Positions 24,851-36,986 are shown, counted from the whole stretch's first letter. The stretch is 59,070 nt of DNA, filler included, from Sphacelaria rigidula (GCA_964200075.2; 10 parts of 10 records of this genome joined end to end with filler, not necessarily neighbours in it); one strand, 5' to 3'. Program-made: numbers and translations. The notes: generated by a model not told the origin, from the sequence alone.

Positions 24851-25741
24851 CTGCTTGAACCCCTATTGATAGTGTGTTTGCAGGGAATGATAATGGACGA
24901 CACCAACCCACGAGCAGGAAGGCCAGGTGAAAAAAAGAGGGGGGCATCGTTGTTGTTGCTTCCTTGGACATCATGCAACAGTCACGGGGGGGAGAACATG
25001 CCAGCGGCAACAACAAAAAAATGGGTATTCCCGGCGTTGTCGTTGCTTTCAATAAAATTCCAGCAAGGAAGGGGGAGACGCTCAGTAGTAGTAGCACAGG
25101 TAGCCCCAACACTCGAGAGCATGATATAAATAGCAAATTTATCCTGAGGCTCGAGTTCTTATATTTTCTCGGTGGATTGCCGACAGCCACCTGCACTACT
25201 ATAAAAAACAACGGAGCATTGTTCGTGATGAATATCGAGAGTAGTCTATAGAGCGCTGATTGGGAGTGGCTTCGATCAGTCGCTTCAACCTAGCCAGTTT
25301 TTCATTCCGTATGTGTTTTTCTTTGTCCCCACCACTGGCGTGTGCTTACAGCTACACGCCGATATCCTACTCAGGGGTATACCAAGGGCCTCAGTGGTAA
25401 GCTACTACAGGAAGCATATCAGGCCTCGTGAAGGGGCATTTCGGAACTGAAACAATTCACTTACTAACTGACAGCTTTTGACTCTCGATTGTATCCTCTA
25501 CTCTCAATCTCACGACAACATTGCTCAAACGGTTTCAGTGTGTGCGTGTGTCCTTCTCTTCGTCATGCAACACAACAACAATAATTGTTGACGAAGATCA
25601 GATTTTTTGTACGTTTTGAGGCTGAAGGTCACAACTGACATGTAGTATATTGTTAATTATTAGGTGGTGACGCTACCTGGAGTATTATATCAGTACGTCA
25701 GCGTAACAATTACAATAATAAAACAGCGGTCAAGGGGTTGA

Positions 25742-25846
25742 CCCTTAGACCGCGATGCGGGGAGTCCATCTGGACCACGTATACTTTTTTCAAGCGAGTA
25801 TGATTGATACTGATTCAGCAGGTGACCTAGCTACCCTTGCCGTCCA
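25742..25846. mobile_element. Inverted, diverged copy of piggyBac-type MITE P1, abutting another TIR
   Basis: CCCTTAGACCGCGATGCGGGGAGTCCATCTGGACCACG...GATTCAGCAGGTGACCTA is a diverged reverse complement of 22141-22240. It is preceded by GCGGTCAAGGGG-TTGA. Confidence 0.7.
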
Positions 25847-28800
25847 ATTCTGAAAAATGGGAGAGAACGTTTTGTACGGGCATGAACGAGGTCGAAATTG
25901 GTCGGAATAATAAGCACGGCATTTTCAAAATGCGAGTACGACTGCGGGGATTTGAGAAACTAGAGTAGTACGGGGCATATCGTTCAGAATTTTCGTTTGT
26001 CTACATGAATATCTGTCCAGTCTGCCCGCTACAGACACATTGGTGGAAAGCAGAGGGAACAACCGTGTTCATACAGCTAGACGAACAGACAAAAAATGCG
26101 AGGTACAGTCTACCGCACAGTACAGCGCGAAGTAGTGCAGGTGAACGACCAACAGCATGGAGTGCTGCGATTACCAAATGATCGGAAACATTAATGAATG
26201 GTTGGTGGTACTATACAGTATGTGAGGTACCGCCAACCATATATACCGCCGATCCTAACACTACGATCGACCAAGGCACAAGAGAAATACCCTTGGGCAC
26301 ACACAGGGGATACGCGGGGGGTGTCCTAGGCAAAGTGTGCATTGGCAGACCTTAGATCGGCGCAAATCGGCGCCTGCACCGCCGATTTGGACAAGAAGTA
26401 AGTAGACAACCGCGAGCTAGGAACCTCTGGGATGACAACCAGTGTTCACTCTGAAATCAACTTACAACTTTTGCTACTGCCGACCACCTGGTGATTTCCG
26501 TTGCATACGGATCTTCTTTGTCGGCCCAGCTTATGCCAGGATCGCATGTTTGTGTTCACAATGAGGGCACATGATGAAAATAATGAGACCCTTTATATAC
26601 GACAGAACAAATATAGAGCAACCGCAGCTGAACAACCTCCAAGAGGTTCCATGGCGTTCCCGCGTTGAATCAGGTGGGTCTTCTATGATAGCTGCGCTTT
26701 ACCTGTTTTCCATTTCGAAAATGGTACCGATCCAGCAGGTGGACCATCCTGACCGCCAAAGGATACTACAGTACAGTACCGCCGAATACATGATGATGTC
26801 AAACACGACACACACAAATCATCACTACATCCGGAGTTCGGCGAAGCGATTTCTGCCTATAGTTACGATGGGAGCCACGGCAAGCACAAGCGCGACTGTA
26901 CGTCGAAGTAGAAACAGGAGATACACGCATGCCTACGGGCGACGAATAGAAAAGGGGAGAACAAGCGCGCTCTGTCACACCGCATCGTCAGCCAGTCTAT
27001 GTTCCATAGGCAGCCACTCCCGATCTTCACGCATCACTCAGTCACCACCACGACGTCGGAATAGAAGGATGCAATGCGATGACATTTGATTCGATTCGAC
27101 CGTCTATATGCATTGGCATGCCCTCTTCACCCCCCCCCCCCTGCCCATGGCAGCAAAGAAAGCGAACAGATCCGATGTGCTCAATCGCGGAGCGTATGAC
27201 GAAAGATGCGACTGCATCTCAACCGAGAGAAAAAGGAAGCATCTGTGAGATACTGCTTGAACTCAAGACGACGGAAAATGATCGTGCTTAGGCACCCGGC
27301 CGATGAAGAGGGATAAGAAGACTGCATCCCAACTATCAAGACTAGAAAATTGCGTCCGCATTATCCATCTACATTTGAGGGCAATTTCAGCCGCCAGGTC
27401 CTCGCACGTACGACGGATTGTGTATAGTAAGGGGTGCTGTGCTTTCGAACCATCGTGTTCGGGCACTCCAGCGGACGCAAGAAACACAAGAATTTGAAGG
27501 AGTTGAGGAAATCACATGCAACTGCACTATGCAACAGCAGCTTGTTGAACCACGGATCTGTGTAGTTACGCCGAACTACAGTTGTTTTTTGTAGTCCCGC
27601 CCCCCACCTGCTGAATGGAAATCAAAAGATCTCTCATCATCCATCCGAAGGGCGGGTGGTCGCGATTGATCAAGACATACTCTGTGCCTTTCTCCCACTG
27701 TGTACAACTAGCTTGTTGTAGTGTCTGTTACGCGCGACGGCTGCTTTTACAGAAGACACACACATAGTATTACAGTCAGCATCCCTTGTTCCACGATGCG
27801 CACATCACAGTGATGTGATCGCAGTGATGCCGGGCACGTGATGTGAGATGAATGATGCCCTGGCCAAGGAGACAAAACGTGACGGCAGAAAACTGTTCAG
27901 ACACTGCCACAGTAGTAAGGTCGGATACAGCTGGTAGTGTCATGTCAGTTGATACCCCCCTCTCGATCCTCCGAGGCTCTTCAGATGACGAGTATCTTTA
28001 TCTGGAGATGCCGCGATGGTTTCTTCTTCCAAGCCTTATATCGACCTGGTTGCAACCAAGTGCCACTATGAAAGCGACGGGTTGTTCTTCTGTGCTCATT
28101 GTGTGTGTTGCGCATTTATTTCGAGTTCCAGAGGAATCCAGAGGAGGGCCGCAAAACAAATATTTTGCGTACTCGAATCATGCACAGGATCCATGCACAG
28201 CAGACGGTCACTCGCACTCTTAGTCTCACCAAGCCAGTACAGTACCTGCCCGTTGCTCGCTGGGCACACAACGAGGTAGAATGCATGCCTGTGACGTGAT
28301 TTGATGAGGCTATGGGAGCTGAGAGAAAGACGTGTTTCTCAACAACGTGACTTGTGTGCCACAGGGGGAGGAGGAAATATGAAAAACGCTGCTGGTGGCT
28401 ATACGACAACAATTGTGAGCAACGATGACGGGCGCTAACCCCAGCCCATTCAATCCCTCCCCTCCCCCGTGCCCCCCCCCTTCTCACGCACCTCAACAGC
28501 AGTTGCTATTCACGATCGGTCTCGCCCTGCTGACCTCCTTTATGCTGCCGTGCCGGGATAAGTCAGATCTCGATTAAAGGCTTTTCGTGAGCGTTGGTGT
28601 GAGCACCGGATCGATTTACCTAAGCACGTGAAATTTCAGTTTGCTGCTGGTGCTTCGGTCACTCTATTGCTCTACTTGTTGGTGGTGAGGTTGTTTGTCG
28701 TCGTGGCGGTGATGGTGATGATGATGGTCGTGGTGCTGTTGCTGTTGCTGTTGATGCTGCAGCTGGCGGTTGTAGTGTTGTCCTCGCGTTGGCGGTATCA

Positions 28801-29030
28801 GTTGTGTTGTGTGGTCGGGTGGGGTCGTGGTTTCGAAAAGTGCCCTCGTGTGTATGTATGATGGGCATCATTTCTTCTTTATGTTTTTCGTTTTTTTTTT
28901 TTTTACTCCGGAGCTCGTCCGGAGTATTATTTTTTCAAATTTCAACCTAACCGCGTACCATACGAATCTGACCGACTATCGATTGAAATCACATACTTGT
29001 GTTAGCTACGATCCCACCACCTTCCGCTAA

Positions 29031-29132
29031 CCCTTCGACTGCGAAGGTAGGTCACCTGCTGAATCGACATCAACTTCACCGAAAAAGTGTATACGTGATA
29101 TAGATGGACTACACGCATGGCTCCTCGAAGCG
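29031..29132. mobile_element. Copy of piggyBac-type MITE P1
   Basis: Colinear with 22141-22240 (CCCTTCGACTGCGAAGGTAGGTCACCTGCTGAATCG...). Flanks are CTAA and TTAA. Confidence 0.8.
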
Positions 29133-29384
29133 TTAAGTACGCATGCCCTGTTTGTAACTGACCCTCCGATACCGTTCGCCGCGGATCCGGATCGTTGGTG
29201 TGGATACAACACGTACAGGGCATTTTCTCTCCCATACATACACAGGTGAGCAACATCGTCTGTCTTCGGTACGCCTCCGATAAAAAAGAGCATCTACATT
29301 GTACAAGAATAGCAAAATTGCTGTAACAGTCTACATATTATTGCTATCGTGCGTATGTGGGATATGGAGGTCGCACTCGCACTT

Positions 29385-29485
29385 GCCGGTCGCCCCGGTG
29401 GCTCAGTTGGTAACTTCGCAACCTTCTGGTGGTTGAGTTGTGGGGTTCGATTTTCGGAGCGATCTGGGATTTTTTCTTACACCAT
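29385..29485 (+). mobile_element. 5' tRNA-like head of the SINE, cut by the contig end
   Basis: GCCGGTCGCCCCGGTGGCTCAGTTGGTAAC (A box) ... GGGGTTCGATTTTC (B box). Confidence 0.85.
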
Positions 29486-29585
29486 NNNNNNNNNNNNNNN
29501 NNNNNNNNNNNNNNNNNNNNNNNNNNNNNTTAATTAATTAANNNNNNNNNNNNNNNNNNNNNNNNNNNNNNNNNNNNNNNNNNNN

Positions 29586-29627
<42 letters not shown>
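29586..29627. repeat. (TAA)14 microsatellite at the contig start
   Basis: Read directly. Confidence 0.95.
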
Positions 29628-29714
29628 GGGCGATGGTGGATGCTGTGAACGCTCGTGACAGCGCTGGTGATAGCAGCCCGTTCAGGAGGATGATCCAAGA
29701 CTACGATGAAGACT

Positions 29715-29980
29715 TGGAGGCGAACGGAGGAGCCAAGACACCAGTCGACCTGGCTTATGATGACGCGAAAGGGCGGGAGTCGGCTGCTCAAGCAGCCGCT
29801 ACGAGGACTTGACAAAATGGCCACCCAACGTGAAGCTTGCATTAGTTCGCGCAGGTACACCACCGTTGGGTGGCCATTCTATCGAAGTCCTCGTAGCGGC
29901 TGCATGACTGGCCCACTCCCGCCCTGCCGCATCATCTCTAGCCAGGTCGACAGCTGTCCCTGTTCCCCCCTCCGCCTCCA
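29715..29980. repeat. Imperfect inverted repeat, ~115-bp arms and 33-bp loop
   Basis: 29744-29830 aligns to the reverse complement of 29864-29951 at roughly 85% identity by eye. Weaker similarity extends to 29715 and 29980. Confidence 0.85.
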
Positions 29981-30357
29981 CGCAGCCAGGATTACTGCGT
30001 AGGGAACCTTTATCGAGAATAACCGTACTTCCTCAAAATATGCAAACGCACACACACAGGCATGTGCACACTTGTACTACAGACAGTACAAGTACAGTAC
30101 AGTACAGAACACTCACTACAGACACAGTATACAGAACTGCCTACAGACAGTGCAACAGTACAACTCTCAACTGTCACAACTTGTACTAGAGCTGCACCAC
30201 ACACCGACAGGTGCAGGACTTGTGAGTGACTAGCGGGCGCCGAGGTGCAATACCTGTGTGCCCAACGCTGTGTACTGTGCTGGGGTCGTACCCGGAGGCT
30301 ATGTTGACGATACTGCTGTCGCGTATTCAACGGTACAGGGGCAGCACAGACAACTGT

Positions 30358-30599
30358 AGCCATGCTACGATAGGACGGGGGGTATTTTGGGCCATTGCTT
30401 CCACGAAATTCAACTTCGAATCATCATGGTAAGAAGCAACGATCGTCCGAACGAGCGAGTTACTGATAAAAAACGCTCATCCATACTGCTTGACGCCGTT
30501 TTGCCCAGATACAAGCGCACGGCGAGTGCGTCAGGTTGTCTGAAACATCTATGAGTCCTTTTTCCTTGAATCAGACACCCAAACTATCGTAGCACGGCT
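30358..30599. mobile_element. Diverged, inverted copy of MITE family M3
   Basis: AGCCATGCTACGATAGG...CTATCGTAGCACGGCT termini. The interior is colinear with the reverse complement of 23095-23351 (e.g. TACAAGCGCAC.G.GAGTG...CAGGT.GTCTGA.ACAT). Confidence 0.75.
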
Positions 30600-30972
30600 C
30601 TGTACATGCTCTTTCGCGCTGTTAGAGGAGCACCGCATGGGTGAGCGCAGAGTACAGACGCACAACAGCACGGCGCGACTTTAACCTCTTCAACTCATGA
30701 CACCGACCACGTGGCATTCGGAGCAGAAAATACTCAAAACCCTGAAAAGTTGGCCACGGTCCACACCCACGTGGTAAAACAAAGTAAAAACAAACCTGAG
30801 GTTCAAGCGTAAAGAATCCGGTCGTTTCTCGCCTATCCCCGAGTTCTGGGGGGGGGGGGGGGGGGGGGTCCGACATTCTCTTCCCCAGTGCTTAAGGGGT
30901 TGTAACCTGTTGTTTAACGGGGGGTGTTTCCTGNNNNNNNNNNTCGTCTTGTTTGGCGGCCTCGTCGCCGGT

Positions 30973-31010
<38 letters not shown>

Positions 31011-31025
31011 CCGACATTCTCTTCG

Positions 31026-31400
31026 CCAGTGCTTAAGGCGTTGTAACCTGTCGTGTAACGCGTGACGTTACCGTGTACGTGACGCCGAAGCACAATCTTC
31101 TAGGGTTATAAAATCCATTGCAAATTGCAGTGTAACCGCTTTTATTTAACGTGCTAATGGCGTTTTATGTAAACGTGTCACGTACTATGAAACGTTTCGT
31201 GTAGCGTGTAACGTCTAATGCACGTGTAAAGCATCACGTTACAAAAAAAATTAACGTTACGCTAACGTTTCGTTTTAAAATTTAACGTCCCGTTCACGTG
31301 ACGTTCATCACATGAAAAGAATAATGCTCACGTTACGTTTCGGCCAAAACGTAACGTGAACATAACGTGTAATGCTGTGGCACGTGTAACGTGTATATCC
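31026..31400. repeat. ACGT/GTAACG-dense tract, probably a non-autonomous DNA transposon
   Basis: About 21 ACGT words in ~335 bp by manual count, in both TAACGT and ACGTTA orientations. Confidence 0.65.
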
Positions 31401-31928
31401 CCGCAAGATAGGGTGTATTTTAACCCATTTTAGATTAAGGAACAGAACCCCGTTTTTTTGTTTCTCTAGCTTCGTCTTCGTTTCATCTTTCTAACGAACC
31501 CGACTATACTACCCTCACTAACACGGTTGTACCCATACAACATATTGCCCATAAATACCCCAACTTATGAGACAGGGGAAGTATCAATCAATAGGTTTCC
31601 CCCCGGGTCTATTGTTGAAGCTACGGACTATTACTGCATTGTGCCCATTATCGACAGCGTGCTGCATTGTGGATTCTGTGTGCGCATGCTGCATGAGTAT
31701 GAGAAAATACTGTCGACAAGGCAATTTGAGCGGATGGGCGGGACATGCTCTGTCGGGACACCGAGGCGCCGAGATCAAATCACAACCGCAAACGCATCTA
31801 TGGTGGTAGCGCGGAACGGGGGACGAGGCAGGGGCAGAAAGGCATTCAGGCAGCCCAGCACCCCGGCAGCAGGCAAGAAGAGCAGCATGGATGGCGACAC
31901 ACTACGTTTCGCTTTTTGTCCAACTCAC

Positions 31929-32086
31929 CAGCAGCTCGATCGGCCTTACGTCTCCTCGTCCCACGCTCTTCCTTTCCGCCGTAGTTCTTGGCGCTCTTCG
32001 TGGTGGATGTCACAGTGGACACGGAAGATTGCGAACCTGACTTTTGACGCAACTTTTCGCCTGGCTGCACTCGTCCTCTCGACAAC
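31929..32086 (-). CDS. Internal exon of an unknown coiled-coil/low-complexity protein
   Basis: CCACAG| acceptor in phase 2, matching the upstream exon's AG|GTGAGT donor. The open frame reads RLSRGRVQPGEKLRQKSGSQSSVSTVTSTT...ADRAAG and ends at a CTG|GTGAGT donor. Confidence 0.6.
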
Positions 32087-32411
32087 CTGTGGACATTGGT
32101 TACATTGGTTGTTCACCGGGTGAGGTTACGCGCTTAGGGTTTCGCGTATGAATAGATTCTCCTCAAGAGACACGTGGTTTGCGGTCGCACTTTCACATAA
32201 ATAACACGCAAATTTGCATGCGAATGGCAGAAAAAGCAAATCAATAGACTTCCGTTGCTCCTCAATCCCACCATTTGCAAATAAAATGTGCGTTTTTATT
32301 GCAAAAGAGTTCGTAAATCGAAATGCAATCATCCCCAACAATTTCCTAACCGCATGAATTGGAAATAGAAGTGGCTATTTTGCAGTGAACGGATAACAAC
32401 AACAAAAAGTG

Positions 32412-32720
32412 ATCGACCGATTGTCGCACGTTAACTGATCCCGGAGAGACCAGACCCACCCGTGGTCACAGGATAGACGCACCCAAGGTGAATAAAATAG
32501 AAACGCTTGAAGAAAGGAAAACTGGTGGGGGGTAAAAGGTGGGCGTATGGAACAAAAAAGGAGTAAACTGAGAACGAAACGCCAAAAAAACAAAATCGAA
32601 ACCAAGCTGGAAGGGGAAAAGGAAAGGGGACTAAAAAAAGTGAAAGGATGAAGAGAATAGGAAGAGAATACACCTAGACAAGGCCCGCCCGTACAGCATG
32701 GCTTCAGGTGAAGAAGGCCG
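32412..32720 (-). mobile_element. Truncated 3' UTR/terminus of an RTE-related LINE (intronic)
   Basis: The minus strand is T-rich and ends TGTGACCACGGGTGGG...GATCAGTTAACGTGCGACAATC, similar to the LINE end CTGACCACGGGCTGGAT...ATCAGCTAATGTGAGATAATC at 21646-21690. Confidence 0.6.
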
Positions 32721-33317
32721 TGCGGTAAAACATAAGAAAGAAAAACGAAACGGCTATCGGAGAAAATTGTGGCTCAACTATTTCGGATCATGCTATTTTG
32801 ACATGTGCTTGATACAAAAAGCGAGGTCAAAAAACGACATTCTCATCTCACCGCCCCAGAGGTTCGACTTATCGCGATTGGCCAGCCAGCAAGTTCCATG
32901 GGCAAACCGCTTGAACGTTTGGCCTCGAAACGCAGGTCTCCCCGTCACCTAAAAAAATTGTTTCCTAGAGCAATATTGACACCTCTGACTTGTTCTACAC
33001 AACCGCCATCAGCTCTTAGCTGAAACGTTCCCCGCCGCACGGTGGCTCTTCTCCAACGCCGTGACAAGTGTGGGCATATTACACCAGGAATGGAAATCTA
33101 GGTGAGGCATCCAAATGCCCACCCCACAGCAAGCTACCCTGACAAAACAATTACAAAACATCCCACCCTACGACTACACACTCGTGGGCAATGAGCCCGC
33201 TACCTCCCAGACTCGTTCTACCTACAAAGTAAAACGCGAGAGAGATGGGTGTTCGAGGCACCACTTCTTACCATTCATCTAGGAAAAAGCAGCAGATCCC
33301 GTCCCATGCCAACTCAC

Positions 33318-34519
33318 CTCGCCCGCATGTGCCCAGCAAGGGCTGCGGTGTCGACGCCAAGATCTACCATTGCTCCCGAGCCCCCTTCTCTCCCCCTGTT
33401 CTCTTCCGCCCCAGCTTCCCCATCATTTCCGGCCCGATATGCCCAATGATAACTACTCGTGTGGTGCTCTATTTTGTGATGTCGGTGCCCCACCTCGCCG
33501 CTCCCGCCACCGTCTCCGCCACTGCCGACGCCGGCGCCGCTTCCCCGCGCCTGCTGCTGCCCGGCGCCGCGATGCTCACCTCGTAGAGGCTGATTGAGAA
33601 ACGTGTCGTCGAACTCCCGCCGCAAGCTGCTGTGGCTGATGAGATCGTCGTCCAATGGGTGCGGGTAGTGCTGGCGAACGCCTGCCGCCGCAGCACCAGC
33701 CACTCTGCGGCCACTTCCGCCAGTTCTGCTGCTTTCGCCCATATATCTCCTGCCACCCCCACTACCGCCGCCGCTACCGCCGCCACTGTCCGCGATCTTG
33801 GCGTTGCTTACATTGTCGCGAATACTCGCTGCTTCACGCGTCGCCGCCGCCACCGCCATTCGTATGGCATGCCTCGCGTCGTCGGCCGCGCTGGCCGCGT
33901 CGGCGATGGTGTCGCTTGCGCGCGGGCTGATGCTACGGTTGACACCGGCGTCGGCGCCGGCGCGTGCCATCTGCTGGCGATGTTGACGATTGCGCTGTTC
34001 TCGTTGCTGATGTTGTTGCGATGGTAGGCATGTAGCCTGGGCGTGTTGCTCTCGCTGCTCTCTTTCTTCGTCTCGGTCTAGCACCTCCGCCGCTTCTTGC
34101 TCGCGAAAGTGATTATCAATACCGCTATCATCATCATTTTCGTCGTCAGCAACGCCCCCGTGATCACCCTTGTTGTCGTAATCGCCCCCTTCACTCCTAC
34201 CTACACTCCGGCACCGGCCGCCGCTCCTACGTCGCGTTCCTATTGATCGACTTCCTCTCGGCACGTCGTAGTCGCCGTGGACATCTTGCGCCGACGTCGC
34301 AGCAGCAGGTGCCGGTGGCGGCGGCGGCGGCCAACGAACTTCGATAGGATCTACCGATGACCTCACGGCGGGCGCCCGGTGCTCAGATGGTAAAGAAGGC
34401 GACGGTTGCGGCAAGTGCGTCGTCACCGAACTAGAGTTTTGCAGCATCTGGATCAACTTCTGTTGGTCCATGCAGATCTGGGTTGAGGCCGCCAAGGAGG
34501 CCTTCATGCCCTTGTGTTC
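33318..34519 (-). CDS. Large exon of an unknown coiled-coil/low-complexity protein
   Basis: Lies in the 443-aa ORF, GC-rich. The AAACAG| acceptor (exon start 34519) joins in frame to the upstream exon (…YIAAHQ|EHKGMKASLAASTQICMDQQKLIQMLQ). GAG|GTGAGT donor at 33318. Confidence 0.75.
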
Positions 34520-35080
34520 CTGTTTTCCACCCGCCAAATCCATCCGCCGAGTACGGCGGTGGTGATTGTCGCGGTTTCGTTCCGACAAGGTGAGGTGTAA
34601 TCGGAGGATCGGCGCACACACACACGTTTGCGGCAAGGGACGCATAGGATTGCATGAGAGAAAATGCTACAAAGCTGCAGTATTTGGCGCAAAAAATGAC
34701 AACTGTTGGGGACGAGCTACTCTTATCCCGACACACAGCCGCCGCGACCCGAAGGTGTACTCGTAATGGTCCGACTGTCGTCATTAGGGTGGAGAGCACG
34801 AGGGTTCGATTCCCGATGCGTTGGGTTTTTCTTCGTAGTATCTGATTCCCATCGTGAAAAGCGCGAGAACGTGAGTAAACAAAGTAGTCGACTGAGATCG
34901 TTTGACGTGAGTTGACGCCGTGCGAGATTACTGACCCAATCCAGGAGACCAAAGTACTAGGCGTGCACCAGGGGAGAGATGGGATGATCCCTTGAGACCA
35001 CGGACTTGTCGCGACGAAGGGGGAGGGGGAGGGGTTCAAAGTGCGAGAAAAAGAAATACACGCACGGCGCATAAACGCAC

Positions 35081-35290
35081 TTGATGGGCGGCGATATAGA
35101 GCGCCTGATACGATCGCGCGTGGTCCAGCTCGGCGCTAAGAGCAGCGTTCTCTTCCTTGACCATCGCCAGTTTTTGCAGTGCCTCGTTGCGCTGTGCCGT
35201 CACCTCCGCCAGAGCCTTCTCCGCTGCCAAAAGCCGTGCCGCCACTCCGAGGGACGAGCCACTGAAGGGAGCTTTTTCTTCCTCAGCATG
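35081..35290 (-). CDS. Upstream coiled-coil exon of the same gene (5' boundary uncertain)
   Basis: VAARLLAAEKALAEVTAQRNEALQKLAMVKEENAALSAELDHARSYQ shows a heptad pattern. CAA|GTGCGT donor, phase 0. Confidence 0.65.
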
Positions 35291-35502
35291 GCCTCATCAT
35301 GATCACCATCGTCATCATGAAACAACAACAGGAGGGGGGGCGGGAGGGGGGGGGGGGGGGGGGGGGGGGTACCCATTTGGTGGTTGCCTTTGTCGCTTGA
35401 CCNNNNNNNNNNNNNNNNNNNNNNNNNNNNNNNNNNNNNNNNNNNNTTAATTAATTAANNNNNNNNNNNNNNNNNNNNNNNNNNNNNNNNNNNNNNNNNN
35501 NN

Positions 35503-35910
35503 GAGCTCCGCAGTCGTCTTGAAGGCATGTTCCGCGAGCAGCGGGAGCAGGAACTAGAAGCAAGGAAGGCGGAGATGGAGCGCGGTATGATGGAGAAGAC
35601 GGCGGCAAAGGGTGGCGTCGGGTCAGGGGGGGCGAAACTTTCCACCGGTAGTGCCAATGAGGGGGCGGCAACAGCAAGCGACAGGGCTTTGTCAACGGTA
35701 CCATATCTGTTGCCGCTTGCGGATGGATTGGCGTATGCCGGGCATTTGTTCGCAACATACCCGGATCAAACGGCGCTTTTCCAGCCGCTGGCCGTGGTTT
35801 TGCTTGGACTCCGGTCGCTGCCGTTTGCGACGCTGATCGTCTTTTTCGGGCTGTCCATATTGAGCAATAACCCCAGTATCAACAAGCTAGTGCGGTTCAA
35901 CATGAAGCAG
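35503..35910 (+). CDS. TIC20: Tic20/Ycf60-family plastid inner-envelope protein, penultimate exon (5' part beyond the contig edge)
   Basis: DRALSTVPYLLPLADG ... LPFATLIVFFGLSILSNNPSINKLVRFNMKQ are Tic20 family motifs. CAG|GTAAG donor at 35910. Confidence 0.9.
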
Positions 35911-36011
35911 GTAAGCTTCCAGTATGTTGTTGTTCACTTCGTTTATTTGTCATGTTTCAAGCGGAGGGTATTGATATCTTGGAGCCAAGGTATCCCTTGT
36001 GCGGTAGCTTG

Positions 36012-36130
36012 CATTGACAAAAAATGTACTGCGCACAGTATCGAGTATTGTGTATATTGTAATGCGATATACCCAATATTCGATACCGTACGCACTAGAC
36101 ATTTTTCCAATATACTCTTTCGTCCAAGGT
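36012..36130. mobile_element. Degenerate copy of the hairpin MITE seen at 55174-55301 (intronic)
   Basis: TTGACAAAAAATGTACTGCGCACAGTATCGA ... CGATACCGTACGCACTAGACATTTTTCCAA. Confidence 0.5.
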
Positions 36131-36175
36131 GACAATCGTCTCGCCAGATTGAATGTCTAGCATTTGATTGAGATT

Positions 36176-36543
36176 GTGTCGCGCGTGTGTCTTATCATCC
36201 CATCTATTCTGTACTCCAGTCTACACCTTCCTGTATATGTGGGCGCATCAGCTCAATTCACACAGGAGGGAGGTCAACACAGGAGTTTGTATTATTTTTC
36301 TGATTTAGGTCTCCACCTTCCTTCTGTGGTGCCTTCCTTTGTTCTTTATGGCGAGAAGGGTTCAGCGGTCCCTTCCCCTCGTCGACCGTGAAGTCGAACG
36401 TTGAGTACCCACGTCATGATCGCTCTCCACTGTTGGATATCATGTAAACAACGAATCCTAGATCGTCGTGTGATTTCACCGAGATTCGAACCCACGTCCC
36501 AACCGTCAGACAGCCTTCGAGATTACCAACTGAGCCACCGGGG
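36176..36543 (-). mobile_element. tRNA-headed SINE in the Tic20 intron
   Basis: The minus strand starts CCCCGGTGGCTCAGTTGGTAA...GTGGGTTCGAATCTC and is colinear with the other copies. Confidence 0.85.
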
Positions 36544-36986
36544 AAATCTTAGTACATTCATCCACTCGTGTTTCCTGAGTAATACTTCGCTGAGCCCGTC
36601 GAGGAGCGGCGCTGAGGATGGCTCTCAGCAGCGCGATGAATCCAATCTATATTATTTCTGCATTCGCCTCGTCGATCAACAAAAATATAGAACTCCTGTT
36701 ATCCAGAAATGTTCGACTGGCGCCTGGAACAGTTTCACTGCCGAAATATCCCATTCAGGCCTTTCTACGACGCCTCATACGCTTTCCGTAGTAAGTTGCC
36801 ACTCAAACCTCTGATATTCTTGACTAGGATATCGACGTGTAACTGTGGGCACACGACATTCGCGTTGACGGAGAGGAACACACAGGGAAAAATTATTGAA
36901 CTCAGAGCGGGTTATAGAAGCTGCTTTCGATGAAATGCAAGAACCTCAATCTGGCGACAGGGTTGTTCAATTTGTCTCGTGTACCG

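Noticed and set aside
29385..29460. Functional tRNA gene
   Set aside because: It has A and B boxes but no complete cloverleaf or acceptor stem, and it is attached to a repeated SINE body in the other copies.
30010..30330. LTR with a PBS-like GGTTAT on the minus strand
   Set aside because: No TG...CA termini, no second LTR and no TSD. Only CAGTA-rich low complexity is certain.
30847..31060. Tandem duplication around the 10-N gap
   Set aside because: Near-identical sequence on both sides of a gap next to poly-G runs is most likely an unmerged low-quality overlap.
24588..32086. Splicing the 31929 donor (phase 1) to the 24850 acceptor (phase 1) as one gene
   Set aside because: The phases fit, but the exons lie on different concatenated contigs.
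35081..35910. Divergent gene pair or bidirectional promoter (coiled-coil gene and Tic20)
   Set aside because: The two are separated by an artificial spacer.
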